Assembly (NCBI GenBank): GCA_017963125.1
Contig: JAGCUA010000069.1
Span: 87,723 to 151,722 of the forward strand
Length of the DNA: 64,000 nt
Reading direction: 5' to 3'
DNA from: a bacterium
GTDB taxonomy: Bacteria; UBP6; UBA1177
Notes under the pieces: model-generated
The model's database searches: none
What the model was told of the DNA's origin: nothing
Seen by the model: the letters and a program-made list of their open reading frames with translations, nothing else
Part shown: in pieces, positions 38,554 to 48,694 of the stretch
Layout of the letters: each line of letters starts with the position of its first letter
Numbering within the stretch: position 1 is the first letter of the stretch
Made by a program: the position numbers and the translations under genes

Positions 38554-38959
38554 TTTCTTCTCCTTTTTCTTCAGGGTTTTCTTTTTCAAATTCCTCCATA
38601 ACCTTGTCTGCACCGCTTTTTATGTTGGCGAACGACGAGCCTAAAAGCAGAAAGCCTATCATTCCGAGGACCGCAAAAATAGAGGGCGCGTGCTCGGCCT
38701 GGGAAAGCCTGTTCGAAGCCGCCATGCACTTGCGAGTGAACTCCTTGCTGTTTCGTCTAGTCTGCTCCTCCTGGTCAAGCTGCTTCCATGAGTTGTCATC
38801 CGTGAAGCAACCCTCTGCCTTGAGCGCTTCGAACTCGGCACGCGCATCGTCTCTCGCATAGAGCGTCCAGCAGAGCGCAACAACGCTTACCACCGAAAGA
38901 ATAAGGCCGTAGAAGCCTCTTTTTGTCCCCAAAACACGTTTTTTTAGTGAGTTTTCCAT
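38534..38959 (-). CDS. two-TM membrane protein of unknown function
   Basis: 141 aa. TM helices FYGLILSVVSVVALCWTLYA and IFAVLGMIGFLLLGSSFA, with an acidic tail. No family recognised. Confidence 0.5.
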   Translation of the reverse strand: MENSLKKRVLGTKRGFYGLILSVVSVVALCWTLYARDDARAEFEALKAEGCFTDDNSWKQLDQEEQTRRNSKEFTRKCMAASNRLSQAEHAPSIFAVLGMIGFLLLGSSFANIKSGADKVMEEFEKENPEEKGEENDNKLS

Positions 38960-38967
38960 GTCACCTC

Positions 38968-41874
38968 CTATTCAAATGCCAGGTCTGCGACCATTTTTAC
39001 AAAATCTTCGCTCGGCTCTTTCAAGCTCTGGGAAAGGAAAAAGTCGATCATTCCGCGCTTCTTCTGGTGCAGATTGAGAATTTTTTCTTCGATCGTTCCC
39101 TTCGAGTAAAGCTTCGTAACGACGACCTTCTTCGTCTGACCTATTCTGTGGGCGCGCGACCATGCCTGTTCTTCGACTGCCGGATTCCACCACGGATCCA
39201 CGATGATGACGTGGTCGGCTCCGGTGAGGTTGAGACCTACTCCGCCGACTTTCAGACTCAGCAGAAAGGCCTTTTTCTCGCCCTGATTGAACTTTTCTAC
39301 AAGATCCATGCGCTCTTTCGTGTCACCGTCCATGTAAAAATATTCCGTTCCGTCGGCGCGGAAAGCGGTTTCGATTATTTTGAGCATCTTCACATACTGG
39401 CTGAAAATCAGCACTCTGCCGCCGCCTGAGAAGATCTCTTCGCAAAGTTCACGCAGAGCCGCTATTTTCCCCGAAAGTTCAGGTTCAAGAATGCCGTCGG
39501 ATGCGAGCGAGGGATGGTCTGCAGCGAGACGGAGCTTGGAAAGCATCGCCAGGATCTCGATCTTGTTTATCAAATCTCCGCGGTCGATAAATTCTGCTTT
39601 TCCCCGCAGCATCGCCGAAAGGTAAACATCCTTCTGTTTCGGTGTCATCTCGACAGGGTATTCTTTGATTATCAGCTCGGGAAGCTCGTCAAGGATCTCG
39701 TTTTTGAGGCGGCGCAGAATGAAAGGAGCCGTTTTTTTGCGCAGAATGCCGAGTTCCTCGTTATTTCCGATCTTCTCCATTTTGTCGACATCCTTTCTGT
39801 TGCCGAGATATCCAGGCATGATGAACTGGAAAATGCTCCAAAGGTCGCTCACATGGTTTTCAAGCGGCGTACCTGTAAGGGCGAAGCGGTGTTTCGACTT
39901 GAGTGAATTGAGCACTCTGAACCGTTTTGTGTTGTTGTTTTTTATCTGCTGCGCCTCGTCTATGATTATCGTTTCGAAAAATTTGTCCTTTAAGAACGAA
40001 AAATCGTTGATTACAACTGAATACGACGTGATTATGAGTTCTTTGCCGGTACTTTTCCACTTCGCGACTCTCTCTTCGGGTTTGAGAGAATCGATCACCG
40101 TCCGCTTCATGTCAGGAAAGAACTTCTCGATCTCGCGGTCCCAGCTCCAGACGAGAGTTTTCGGACAAACGACGATGGACGGCATCTCTCCGGTTTCGGA
40201 CTTTATCATGCAGAGGGACTGCAAAGTTTTACCGAGACCCATTTCATCGGCAAGGACACCGCCGAGTCCCAGCGCCTTGAGAAGCGACATCCACCTGAAA
40301 CCTTCTACCTGATACTTTCTGAGCGGGATCCCTTCGATACATTTTTCGTCAGGCTTCGGAAGTTCTCCCTTCGAAAGCGAATCAAAAATAGAGATATATT
40401 TCCTTTTCGCCTCAGCCGAACCGGTGAAATTTTTGAGGATCTTTTTATTTTTCGATTTCAAAAGTCCGACGAGGTTCGCAACAGGCAGTTTTTCGCCGTC
40501 GGAATAGACAGATGCTCCTATCATGTCGGCGACTTTAGCAAGAAAATCAGAACTGTTTTCAAGAATGAGCGGTTTTCCTTCAGTATCGTTGACGACAGGT
40601 TCTTCTATGCCGCGCTCGAACTGCCGGACAGCCTCGACAAGCGACGATGACGGAATGAAATCGGACATCTGCGGCAGTTTGATGTTGAAAGAGAACCACT
40701 GCTCGTCAGAATTGACGTCAAGAACGATCTCGGAATCTTCGGCAGCAGCCTGCGGAATGTTGATTTTCTTGATCTCCTGCTCGTTTACGACCGTTCCGAC
40801 CTGCGAAAGTGCACTTCCCGGCGAGATTATCCTCGAATATTCCTGCATCGGAACGACATAGGAATTTTTGAAAAGCCTGAAACCGTCGCTCGAAAGAGCC
40901 GACTTTATGTCGCGGACAAGCTGCGGATCGATAGAATAGATGCGACCGTTTACCGGATAATTCTGCTCGAGAGTCCTTTTTCTCGGCTGGAATTCGATCG
41001 ACGTTCTGCCGTTTTTAAGAAAGATCTTCAGGAAGACTTTTCCTTCACGAAGCTCTGTCTTGAAAACGACACTCGTGTTTTCGTCAAGTTCTATTTTTTT
41101 GAGGTTGAAGACGCCGCTGAGCACGACTTCTGGACTCAGGCTGTCGCTGAGGTCGGAGACTGCTTTGATGAGAGCCTCCTTTTTCGAATAGCCTATCGTC
41201 TTGCCGGCGAGAGCCGAAACCGTATCTCTTATCCCGGCCGGGAAACGCCATACAGCACCTTCGTCGCAGTCGATCGCAACACCGTTTTTTTCAGAATAGA
41301 AAATGCTCTCCGGCATAGAGAAATCGATACCGTCCGCATCGACATTGTACGAAAGGATCAGCGGATGTTCTGCATGAAAAAGCTGGAGCTGTCCCAAAGC
41401 GAACTTTTCAGGACAGAGGGAAACAAGAAGCAGCGGATCATCGCCTGAAAAAAGCGAAGCAAGCCTTTTCAGCTGAAGATCTCCGCCGTTTTCGATCTTT
41501 GCGGAACAGCTTTTTCTGTCAAGAACAAGTTTGAAAGGCGCCTCGGCCTTGCGGTTATCCTTCTTCACGTTGAAACGCGAAAGCTGCTCCGAAATGTCGG
41601 TATTGTCCATCGAAAGATCGTTGAACGCTAGAGCCGTAGCGACAACGTGAGCGCAGACATCGCCGCTGTGACAGGAGCAGACTTTGTTGAAAAGATTGCC
41701 GAACTCGTCTATTTCGAGCCTTACGTCGCATCCGCCCGCAGATCCCTGCACGAACGTGATCCCGTTTTTGACAGATACCGAAAGTATCATTGTGGAATTC
41801 TGTCCGTGCAGAGCACATCCGTCGAAATACGAATCGGAAGTTACGAGATCTGCGAGACGGATAACGACTGACAT
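38968..41874 (-). CDS. SNF2-family helicase with an N-terminal SWIM zinc finger
   Basis: 968 aa. CSCHSGDVCAHVVATALAF (CxCxnCxH SWIM). DEMGLGKTLQ, IIDEAQQIKN and helicase-C motifs (GGVGLNLTGADHVII, QAWSRAHRIGQ). Confidence 0.9.
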   Translation of the reverse strand: MSVVIRLADLVTSDSYFDGCALHGQNSTMILSVSVKNGITFVQGSAGGCDVRLEIDEFGNLFNKVCSCHSGDVCAHVVATALAFNDLSMDNTDISEQLSRFNVKKDNRKAEAPFKLVLDRKSCSAKIENGGDLQLKRLASLFSGDDPLLLVSLCPEKFALGQLQLFHAEHPLILSYNVDADGIDFSMPESIFYSEKNGVAIDCDEGAVWRFPAGIRDTVSALAGKTIGYSKKEALIKAVSDLSDSLSPEVVLSGVFNLKKIELDENTSVVFKTELREGKVFLKIFLKNGRTSIEFQPRKRTLEQNYPVNGRIYSIDPQLVRDIKSALSSDGFRLFKNSYVVPMQEYSRIISPGSALSQVGTVVNEQEIKKINIPQAAAEDSEIVLDVNSDEQWFSFNIKLPQMSDFIPSSSLVEAVRQFERGIEEPVVNDTEGKPLILENSSDFLAKVADMIGASVYSDGEKLPVANLVGLLKSKNKKILKNFTGSAEAKRKYISIFDSLSKGELPKPDEKCIEGIPLRKYQVEGFRWMSLLKALGLGGVLADEMGLGKTLQSLCMIKSETGEMPSIVVCPKTLVWSWDREIEKFFPDMKRTVIDSLKPEERVAKWKSTGKELIITSYSVVINDFSFLKDKFFETIIIDEAQQIKNNNTKRFRVLNSLKSKHRFALTGTPLENHVSDLWSIFQFIMPGYLGNRKDVDKMEKIGNNEELGILRKKTAPFILRRLKNEILDELPELIIKEYPVEMTPKQKDVYLSAMLRGKAEFIDRGDLINKIEILAMLSKLRLAADHPSLASDGILEPELSGKIAALRELCEEIFSGGGRVLIFSQYVKMLKIIETAFRADGTEYFYMDGDTKERMDLVEKFNQGEKKAFLLSLKVGGVGLNLTGADHVIIVDPWWNPAVEEQAWSRAHRIGQTKKVVVTKLYSKGTIEEKILNLHQKKRGMIDFFLSQSLKEPSEDFVKMVADLAFE

Positions 41875-41886
41875 TTTAAAAGATAA

Positions 41887-44070
41887 TTACATCAGATGGA
41901 AAACAACGGTGAGACCGACCATAACGATCGAAACCATGCTCATAAGTTTGATAAGGATGTTGAGCGACGGACCCGATGTATCTTTGAAAGGATCGCCGAC
42001 CGTGTCGCCGACAACTGTAGCTTTGTGGTTGTCGGAACCTTTGCCGCCGAAGTTGCCTTCTTCGATGTATTTCTTAGCGTTGTCCCAAGCGCCGCCTGCG
42101 TTAGCCATGAAAACTGCAAGAACGAAGCCGCAGGAGAGACCGCCGATAAGAAGTCCCATAACGCCTGCAACACCGAGAACGACGCCGACTACTATCGGAA
42201 TAGCGATAGCGAGGATCGACGGAAGGAGCATTTCGTGCTGAGCGCCTTTTGTCGAAATTGCAACACATCTTGCATAGTCAGGTTCAGCTTTCCCTTCCAT
42301 GATACCTGCGATTTCGCGGAACTGACGGCGGACTTCCTCGACCATTTTCTGAGCAGCTCTGCCGACAGCGTTCATTGTAAGACCGCAGAAAAGGAAAGCC
42401 ATCATTGCGCCTACGAAAACACCTACGAGAACGACAGGATTCATAAGGTTTACGCTGTATGCATCCATGAAGTCGATGAGCGATGCTTTTGCCGGTTCAA
42501 GACCGTTCGGAAGTTTTTCGCCGATACGGATGAGGGCGATCTTGATTTCCTCAACGTAGGAAGCAAGAAGAGCGAGAGCGGTAAGAGCAGCAGAACCGAT
42601 CGCGAAACCTTTACCGGTTGCAGCGGTCGTGTTGCCGAGTGCGTCGAGAGCGTCAGTTCTCTTTCTGACTTCTTCACCGAGGCCGCTCATTTCAGCGTTT
42701 CCGCCTGCGTTGTCGGCGATAGGACCGTAAGCATCTGTTGCAAGGGTGATGCCGAGAGTCGAAAGCATACCGACTGCCGCGATACCGATTCCGTAAAGAC
42801 CTTCAGAGAGAGCCTTTGCCGAGAAAGCAAGCTGGAAACCGTTTGCGCAGAGGTAAGCCATAACGATCGCTACACCGACCGTGATTACAGGAATAGCAGT
42901 TGAAAGCATACCGAGACCAAGACCGGAGATGATGACTGTTGCCGGGCCGGTCGAAGAGCTTTCAGCAACTTTCTGTGTCGGCTTGTAGGACTGCGAAGTG
43001 TAGTATTCAGTAGCCTGGCCGATGATGATACCTGCAACAAGACCGCTGACTACCGAGAAGGATATTCCGAGCCAGTTTTCGAAGCCCATGACGTAAAGAA
43101 TTACGAATGTAGCTATCGTGATAAGGAATGCGCTGACGTTTACGCCTCTGCCGAGAGCGCGGAGAAGCTCTTTCATCGTTGCGCCTTCTTTGGTCTTAAC
43201 AAGGAAAATTCCGATAAGCGAAAGGACGACACCGATAGACGCGATAAGCATCGGAGCGATGACAGCCTTTTCCTGGAATTCTGCACTGCCTGCGAATGCC
43301 GAAGCGCCGAGAGCAGCCGTAGCAAGGATAGATCCTGCATAAGATTCGTAAAGGTCTGCACCCATACCTGCCACGTCGCCTACGTTGTCGCCTACGTTGT
43401 CAGCGATCGTAGCGGGGTTACGCGGGTCGTCTTCCGGGATCCCGGCTTCAACTTTACCGACAAGGTCAGCACCGACATCGGCTGCCTTCGTGTAGATACC
43501 GCCGCCGACTCTTGCGAAAAGAGCCTGAGTAGAAGCACCCATTCCGAAAGTAAGCATCGTCGTGGTGATGAAAATAAGTTTGTGGGCAGCATCAGCCTCT
43601 TTAACGAAAATGTTGAGGATGATGTACCAAGCCGAAATGTCGAGAAGTGCAAGTCCGACAACTGTAAGACCCATAACAGCACCTGAACGGAAAGCAACTT
43701 TGAGTCCTTTGTCGAGCGACTTCTGAGCTGCGTTAGCGGTTCTTGCCGAAGCGTAGGTCGCAGTTTTCATTCCGAAGAAACCAGCAAGTCCCGAGAAGAA
43801 ACCGCCGGTAAGGAATGCGAACGGAACCCAGCTGTTCTGCAGACCGAAAACAGCCATAACTGCAAAAATGACAGCGAGAACTACAAAAACGATTCCTACG
43901 ATTTTGTACTGCTGCTTAAGATAAGCCATCGCGCCTTTTCTTACGTGGAGCGCGATTTTCTTCATCGTGTCCGTTCCCTCGTCCTCTTTCATCATCTGTT
44001 TGAAGAAGAAGAAAGCGAATGCAAGTGCCAGAACGGAAGCACCTAAAACCAAGAAAACCAGATTTGACAT
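41887..44070 (-). CDS. hppA: membrane-bound ion-translocating pyrophosphatase, K+-dependent type
   Basis: 727 aa. [20 protein letters not shown] and DNVGDNVGD signatures. [10 protein letters not shown] has Ala at the A/K switch position. Confidence 0.95.
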   Translation of the reverse strand: MSNLVFLVLGASVLALAFAFFFFKQMMKEDEGTDTMKKIALHVRKGAMAYLKQQYKIVGIVFVVLAVIFAVMAVFGLQNSWVPFAFLTGGFFSGLAGFFGMKTATYASARTANAAQKSLDKGLKVAFRSGAVMGLTVVGLALLDISAWYIILNIFVKEADAAHKLIFITTTMLTFGMGASTQALFARVGGGIYTKAADVGADLVGKVEAGIPEDDPRNPATIADNVGDNVGDVAGMGADLYESYAGSILATAALGASAFAGSAEFQEKAVIAPMLIASIGVVLSLIGIFLVKTKEGATMKELLRALGRGVNVSAFLITIATFVILYVMGFENWLGISFSVVSGLVAGIIIGQATEYYTSQSYKPTQKVAESSSTGPATVIISGLGLGMLSTAIPVITVGVAIVMAYLCANGFQLAFSAKALSEGLYGIGIAAVGMLSTLGITLATDAYGPIADNAGGNAEMSGLGEEVRKRTDALDALGNTTAATGKGFAIGSAALTALALLASYVEEIKIALIRIGEKLPNGLEPAKASLIDFMDAYSVNLMNPVVLVGVFVGAMMAFLFCGLTMNAVGRAAQKMVEEVRRQFREIAGIMEGKAEPDYARCVAISTKGAQHEMLLPSILAIAIPIVVGVVLGVAGVMGLLIGGLSCGFVLAVFMANAGGAWDNAKKYIEEGNFGGKGSDNHKATVVGDTVGDPFKDTSGPSLNILIKLMSMVSIVMVGLTVVFHLM

Positions 44071-44141
44071 AAAAGCCTCCTAAAATAACAAAAAAAGACC
44101 GTTCAAAAAAAATGCGCCGTATTTAACGACTTTTTTTTAAA

Positions 44142-44801
44142 TTAAGCAAATATATTTATTATAAAGTGACGTATTTCCCTGAAAAAAGCGATCAGAGCAA
44201 GAATGAAGAAAAACAAAATGTAAAAAATGCTGTATGTGACGTGGTCAGGCAGCGGCGAAGTGAAATGAGAAAACGAAGGATGGTCAGGATTGACCGCAAA
44301 CCACGAAAATCCGAGGAAGAAAAATGACGAATATGTTGAAAAAAGTGCCGTGGCAGCAGATCTCAGCACATTTCCAGAAAGCAATATCCCCAAAGCGGCG
44401 GACCCGATAAGCAGCAGCACGAGTTCCGGAAACATAGGCCAGTCGTATTCATGTACTGCAAGCAGAGTGAGCATATCGAACGCGACTTGCTTGAAAGAAG
44501 TCGGATTTATGAAGTTTAGATGCCAGTCATGATCCATCAAAACCGAATAAATTATCGGTATATAAGTCAGAAAACCGCCTGAAAACAAAACCGGCAGATT
44601 GCTGTTTTCAAGTTTGAGAATATACTTGAAACCTATCACAAAAAACATCAGAACGCAGTCGAACCAGAAAAGCTGCATGACGAAAATCGAAGGTTCAGTT
44701 CCTCCTGTTTCGATCAAGATCCTTACGGAAATCAGAAGCTGATAAAGCAGAAACGCCGCCCAAAGCGGGATCTTATTTATCTTTCCGATCAGATTTTTCA
44801 T
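44142..44801 (-). CDS. polytopic membrane protein of unknown function
   Basis: 219 aa with about 6 hydrophobic helices. Start overlaps the fmt stop (ATGA). No family recognised. Confidence 0.55.
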   Translation of the reverse strand: MKNLIGKINKIPLWAAFLLYQLLISVRILIETGGTEPSIFVMQLFWFDCVLMFFVIGFKYILKLENSNLPVLFSGGFLTYIPIIYSVLMDHDWHLNFINPTSFKQVAFDMLTLLAVHEYDWPMFPELVLLLIGSAALGILLSGNVLRSAATALFSTYSSFFFLGFSWFAVNPDHPSFSHFTSPLPDHVTYSIFYILFFFILALIAFFREIRHFIINIFA

Positions 44802-45736
44802 TGAACTTCTTCCTGTTTCGAACTGAAAACTTCGCCAGGCTGAGGCCTGTAACCGTTGATAAATTCAGCTGCCCGCATCGGATTTTTCCCGGCAGGCTTG
44901 AGTTCGGAGATCTTTATTCCGCCGTTCATGCAGGCGACGACTATCCCGCTTTTCGAGACTTCGGCTATCTCCCCCGGATCTCCGACGCATGACGGAACGA
45001 ATTCCGCTTTTTCTATTCCCACGATATTTCCGCGAAAAAGAGCGCGAACACCCGGTTCTTTGGTCAAAGCCCTGATTTTATTAAATAAAACTTTAGCATC
45101 GCTTTCAAAATCGAGCCACATATCCGATTTTTGGATCATTTTCGTGAAAACCGGCTCTCCCTGTTGAGGAATCCTCACGACATCCCCGCTTTCGATCTTT
45201 TCCCAGTTTTTATCCAAAAGTTCGAGCGAAAGTTTTGTCAGTTTTTCAAAAAGCGTTGTCGCGTTGTCACTCTCTTCGACAGCGCATTCACCAGAAAGGA
45301 TCACGTCTCCGCTGTCGAGCTCTTCATCCATAACCATGACCGAAGTTCCGCTGACCGCATCACCGTTGAGCAGAGCCGTATTCACAGGAGTCGAACCGCG
45401 GTATTTCGGAAGAAGTGAAAAATGAACATTGAGCGGATAAAGTTTCGGAATATCAAGGATACGCTTCGGCAGGATCTGACCGTAAGCCACGACAAAAAGG
45501 ATGTCAGGAGCAAAATTTTTAATGATCTCAAATGCTTTTTCCGATTTAGACCAGAGCGTGTGGACCTCAAGACCGAGTTCTATAGCCCTCTTTTTCACCG
45601 GTGTCGGCTCTAATTTTTTGCCGCGGCCTCGGATCTTGTCCTTCTGCGAAAAAACGATGATCTCCGCATTCTTAGAGACGCAAAAATCCAAAAAAGGAAC
45701 CGAAATTTCGGGACTTCCCATAAAAACTATCTTCAT
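44798..45736 (-). CDS. fmt: methionyl-tRNA formyltransferase
   Basis: MKIVFMGSPEISVP, HFSLLPKYRGSTPV, and a C-terminal Formyl_trans_C-like domain. Confidence 0.92.
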   Translation of the reverse strand: MKIVFMGSPEISVPFLDFCVSKNAEIIVFSQKDKIRGRGKKLEPTPVKKRAIELGLEVHTLWSKSEKAFEIIKNFAPDILFVVAYGQILPKRILDIPKLYPLNVHFSLLPKYRGSTPVNTALLNGDAVSGTSVMVMDEELDSGDVILSGECAVEESDNATTLFEKLTKLSLELLDKNWEKIESGDVVRIPQQGEPVFTKMIQKSDMWLDFESDAKVLFNKIRALTKEPGVRALFRGNIVGIEKAEFVPSCVGDPGEIAEVSKSGIVVACMNGGIKISELKPAGKNPMRAAEFINGYRPQPGEVFSSKQEEVQ

Positions 45737-45830
45737 TTTTCCCTCCTTGACCCAAAAAAGAAAGTGAAAAATAAAATAAATCTTTTGTCAAGAAATGCAG
45801 ACAAACACAAAACGGATCGGCAACGGCATT

Positions 45831-47078
45831 TCAGAAAAGTGAAAGCTGCTCGTAAGTGTGATCTGCCGCCCCTGCCCTTGTGCTCGTCGTCTTCATAGCC
45901 TCGAGAACAGTCCGCTCGGCGACGATCGTTTCCGGCATCATTTTTCCTTTGCAGGTAATGAAATAACGGGCCCTTTTGAGGACAACTCCGATTCTTTTTA
46001 GGTCGTCGAAATCGAGAGAACCGTTCCTTCTTGCCGAAACTATTCTGACTGCCGACTGCCGCCCTATTCCCGGAACGCGGAGGATCATTTCGAACGCAGC
46101 CGTATTAACTTCTATCGGAAAAAGGTGCATGTTCCGCATCGCCCATACCGCCTTCGGATCTATGTCTTCAGAGAGAAACGGATTCTCGTCAGTCACGATC
46201 TCGTCAGCCTGAAAACCGTAAAAACGCATGAGCCAGTCTGCCTGATAGAGCCTGTGTTCGCGGTCGAGCGGCGGCAGAGAAACGACCGGCAGACGATTGT
46301 CGGAATTTACCGGCACGAAAGCGGAATAATAGACCCTTTTCATGCTGAATTTTTTGTAGAAAGCCTCCGTCAGCTTAACTATTTTGCGGTCGGTTTCGGG
46401 CGTCGCGCCGACAATAAGCTGCGTTGTCTGTCCGGCCGGAGCAAAAACCGGAAGTTTTTTTGTTTTTTTCCTCTCCTCGCGGTTTTCGACAATGTCTCCG
46501 CAGATTTCACCCATAGGTTTTATGATCGACTCCCTGCTTTTTTCGGTAAGAAGTTTCAGACTTTTTTCCGAGGGAAGTTCGATATTTACAGAAACTCTGT
46601 CGGCATAGAGCCCCGCCTCTTTTATCAGAATATCGCTCGCTCCCGGAATAACTTTTAAATGAATATAGCCGTTGAAATTCTCCTCGGTCCGCAGTTTTTT
46701 CACCACCGCAATCAGCTTTTCCATCGTAAAATCGGCATTTTTTATAATTCCTGAACTCAGAAAAAGCCCTTCGATATAGTTTCTTTTGTAAAAATTCATC
46801 GTGAGCAGAACAAGTTCGTCAACAGTGAAAGTTGCCCGCTTCACGTCGTTGCTGCGCCTGTTTATGCAGTATGCACAGTCGTTTATGCAGTAGTTCGTGA
46901 AAAGCACTTTGAGCAGGCTTATGCACCTTCCGTCAGCAGACCAGCTGTGACAGATCCCGGATTTGTGCCCGCTGCCTATACCGCCAAAGGTTCCCTTGCG
47001 GTCGCTTCCGCTTGACGAGCAGCTTGCGTCAAACTTTGCCGCTGCGCCCAAAATCTCAAGTTTTTCAATAAGTTCCAT
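45831..47078 (-). CDS. putative DNA modification/repair radical-SAM protein (TIGR03916-like)
   Basis: CINDCAYC (CxxxCxxC). N-terminal AAKFDASCSSSGS. C-terminal helix-hairpin-helix LRVPGIGRQSAVRI. Confidence 0.75.
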   Translation of the reverse strand: MELIEKLEILGAAAKFDASCSSSGSDRKGTFGGIGSGHKSGICHSWSADGRCISLLKVLFTNYCINDCAYCINRRSNDVKRATFTVDELVLLTMNFYKRNYIEGLFLSSGIIKNADFTMEKLIAVVKKLRTEENFNGYIHLKVIPGASDILIKEAGLYADRVSVNIELPSEKSLKLLTEKSRESIIKPMGEICGDIVENREERKKTKKLPVFAPAGQTTQLIVGATPETDRKIVKLTEAFYKKFSMKRVYYSAFVPVNSDNRLPVVSLPPLDREHRLYQADWLMRFYGFQADEIVTDENPFLSEDIDPKAVWAMRNMHLFPIEVNTAAFEMILRVPGIGRQSAVRIVSARRNGSLDFDDLKRIGVVLKRARYFITCKGKMMPETIVAERTVLEAMKTTSTRAGAADHTYEQLSLF

Positions 47079-47163
47079 AAAACAGCACCAAACAAATCAA
47101 ACCTTAAAAAAACAAAGTCTTTGGCATTGTAATACCTGAAATAAAAAAGGCAAATTTTTCTTC

Positions 47164-47240
47164 CGTCGTCACATCGTTTCGTCGTCACGATGCCGCCGTC
47201 GAAATTTCGAATATCGAAATATCGACAAATATTCGGCGGC
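47164..47240. repeat. composite repeat upstream of lpdA (left arm)
   Basis: CGTCGTCAC at 47164-47172 and 47180-47188. Stem GCCGCCG (47192-47198) pairs with CGGCGGC (47234-47240). The stem encloses the perfect palindrome TCGAAATTTCGA (47199-47210) and the 12-mer TCGAAATATCGA (47214-47225). Confidence 0.8.
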
Positions 47241-47319
47241 AATAAAAGTTGCCTTTTCCCCGCTTTTTCCTAACATTGCGCGCAATTTGTTGATTCTTTT
47301 TTATTTTTAGGAGGGAAAT

Positions 47320-48690
47320 ATGGAAAAAGTAAAACTTCTCATCATCGGCGCAGGTCCCGGCGGATACGTCGCTGCAATCAGAGCTGCTCAGCTCGGTCTT
47401 GAACCTGTCGTCATCGAACGCGGATTTCTTGGCGGGACATGCCTCAACCGCGGCTGCATCCCGACAAAAGCACTCATTTCAGCGGCTGAGACTTTCAACT
47501 CGATTCTGAGTGCAGAAGCGTTTGGGATCACTGCAAACGCTGAATTTGACTGGACAAAAGTAAACGAGCATGCGAAAAATTCGGCAGCAAAAAATAGAAT
47601 GGGGATCGCATATCTCTTCAAGAAAAACAATGTCCGTCATGTCCAGGCTGAAGCAGTTTTCACTTCCCCCCACACCGTAAAAGCGGGAGAAACCGAATTC
47701 GAAGCGGAAAACATCATCATCGCAACGGGTTCTGTTGTCCGCGATTTCCCCAATTTCTCGATCGACAACAGAAAAATCATCAGCTCAGACCAGGCTCTTT
47801 TCCAGGCTAAACTGCCGAAAAGCCTCGCTATAATCGGCGGCGGCGTAATCGGAGTCGAGCTCGGATTCGTTTACCGCACTTTCGGAGTCGAAGTAACGAT
47901 AATCGAAGCGATGAACACGATCATCCCGATGGAAGACGCAGATGTTTCCAAAGAGCTCACAAAAGAGTTTAAGAAGAAAAAAATCAAAATAATTACAGGC
48001 ACTTCAGTTGAAAAAGCGGAAAAAACCGATGCCGGGGTAACCCTCACCCTCGCAAACGGAAACGTCGTTCAGGCCGAGCAGGTCCTTTCATGCGTCGGAC
48101 GTTCTCCGAATACGGCAAAACTCAACCTCGAAGCTGCCGGTATCACTCCCGACAGACGCGGATTCATCCCTGTTGACGAATTCTGCCGCACGAACGTTCC
48201 GGGAATCTATGCAGTCGGCGACGTAATTTTCACCCCGATGCTTGCCCACACGGCGGAACACGAAGGCATCCTTGCAGTCGAGCAGATCGCCGGAATGAAA
48301 GACCTCAAACCGATAAACTACCTTTACAATCCGGCTTGCATCTACTGCACTCCGTCGATCGCATCGATGGGTCTCAAAGAGGCTCAGGCAGCAGAAAAAG
48401 GACTTAAATTCAAAGTCGGCAAATTCCCCTTCAGCGCGAACGGAAAAGCGGTCGCTTCAAACCACACTACCGGTTTCGTAAAAGTCATAATCGACGAAGA
48501 AACCCATAAAATCCTTGGTGTCCACATCATCGGAAACGGCGCAACAGACCTCATTTCGGAATTCATTCCGGCAATGAACGCAGGTCTTACCGCCGAAGAG
48601 ATCGTCGAATCGATCCATCCGCACCCCACCCTTTCTGAAGCGTCGCTTGAAGCGCTGCTCGGCGCGCTCGGAAGAGCGATCCATATTTAA
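47320..48690 (+). CDS. lpdA: dihydrolipoyl dehydrogenase
   Basis: GAGPGGY FAD motif, redox-active GGTCLNRGCIPTK, C-terminal HPHPTLSE dimerisation motif. No E1 or E2 genes adjacent. Confidence 0.93.
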   Translation: MEKVKLLIIGAGPGGYVAAIRAAQLGLEPVVIERGFLGGTCLNRGCIPTKALISAAETFNSILSAEAFGITANAEFDWTKVNEHAKNSAAKNRMGIAYLFKKNNVRHVQAEAVFTSPHTVKAGETEFEAENIIIATGSVVRDFPNFSIDNRKIISSDQALFQAKLPKSLAIIGGGVIGVELGFVYRTFGVEVTIIEAMNTIIPMEDADVSKELTKEFKKKKIKIITGTSVEKAEKTDAGVTLTLANGNVVQAEQVLSCVGRSPNTAKLNLEAAGITPDRRGFIPVDEFCRTNVPGIYAVGDVIFTPMLAHTAEHEGILAVEQIAGMKDLKPINYLYNPACIYCTPSIASMGLKEAQAAEKGLKFKVGKFPFSANGKAVASNHTTGFVKVIIDEETHKILGVHIIGNGATDLISEFIPAMNAGLTAEEIVESIHPHPTLSEASLEALLGALGRAIHI

Positions 48691-48694
48691 TTCT

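Noticed and set aside
38968-41874. SNF2 helicase as the core of a DISARM-like or other known defence system.
   Set aside because: No methyltransferase, PLD nuclease, DUF1998 or other partner genes are nearby. The flanking genes are housekeeping or membrane proteins. It is kept only as a low-to-medium interest context observation.
41896-42903. 335-aa plus-strand ORF, the longest of many long ORFs in the track that lie antisense to strong genes. Others include 7676-8527, 15207-16079, 23261-24076, 24539-25228, 30494-31324, 37229-37930, 50750-51364, 53325-54050 and 59094-59633.
   Set aside because: Each lies entirely inside, and antisense to, a gene with unmistakable family motifs (here hppA). 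The translations are low-complexity or Cys/Arg/Ser-rich with no recognisable domains, start context or Shine-Dalgarno. They look like stop-poor shadow frames caused by the codon bias of the real gene.
47192-47240. GC-stem hairpin upstream of lpdA as an intrinsic terminator of a neighbouring gene.
   Set aside because: It lies in a divergent promoter region, so no gene ends there. The loop is 35 nt and no T-tract follows. The downstream twin (48696-48730) also lacks a T-tract.
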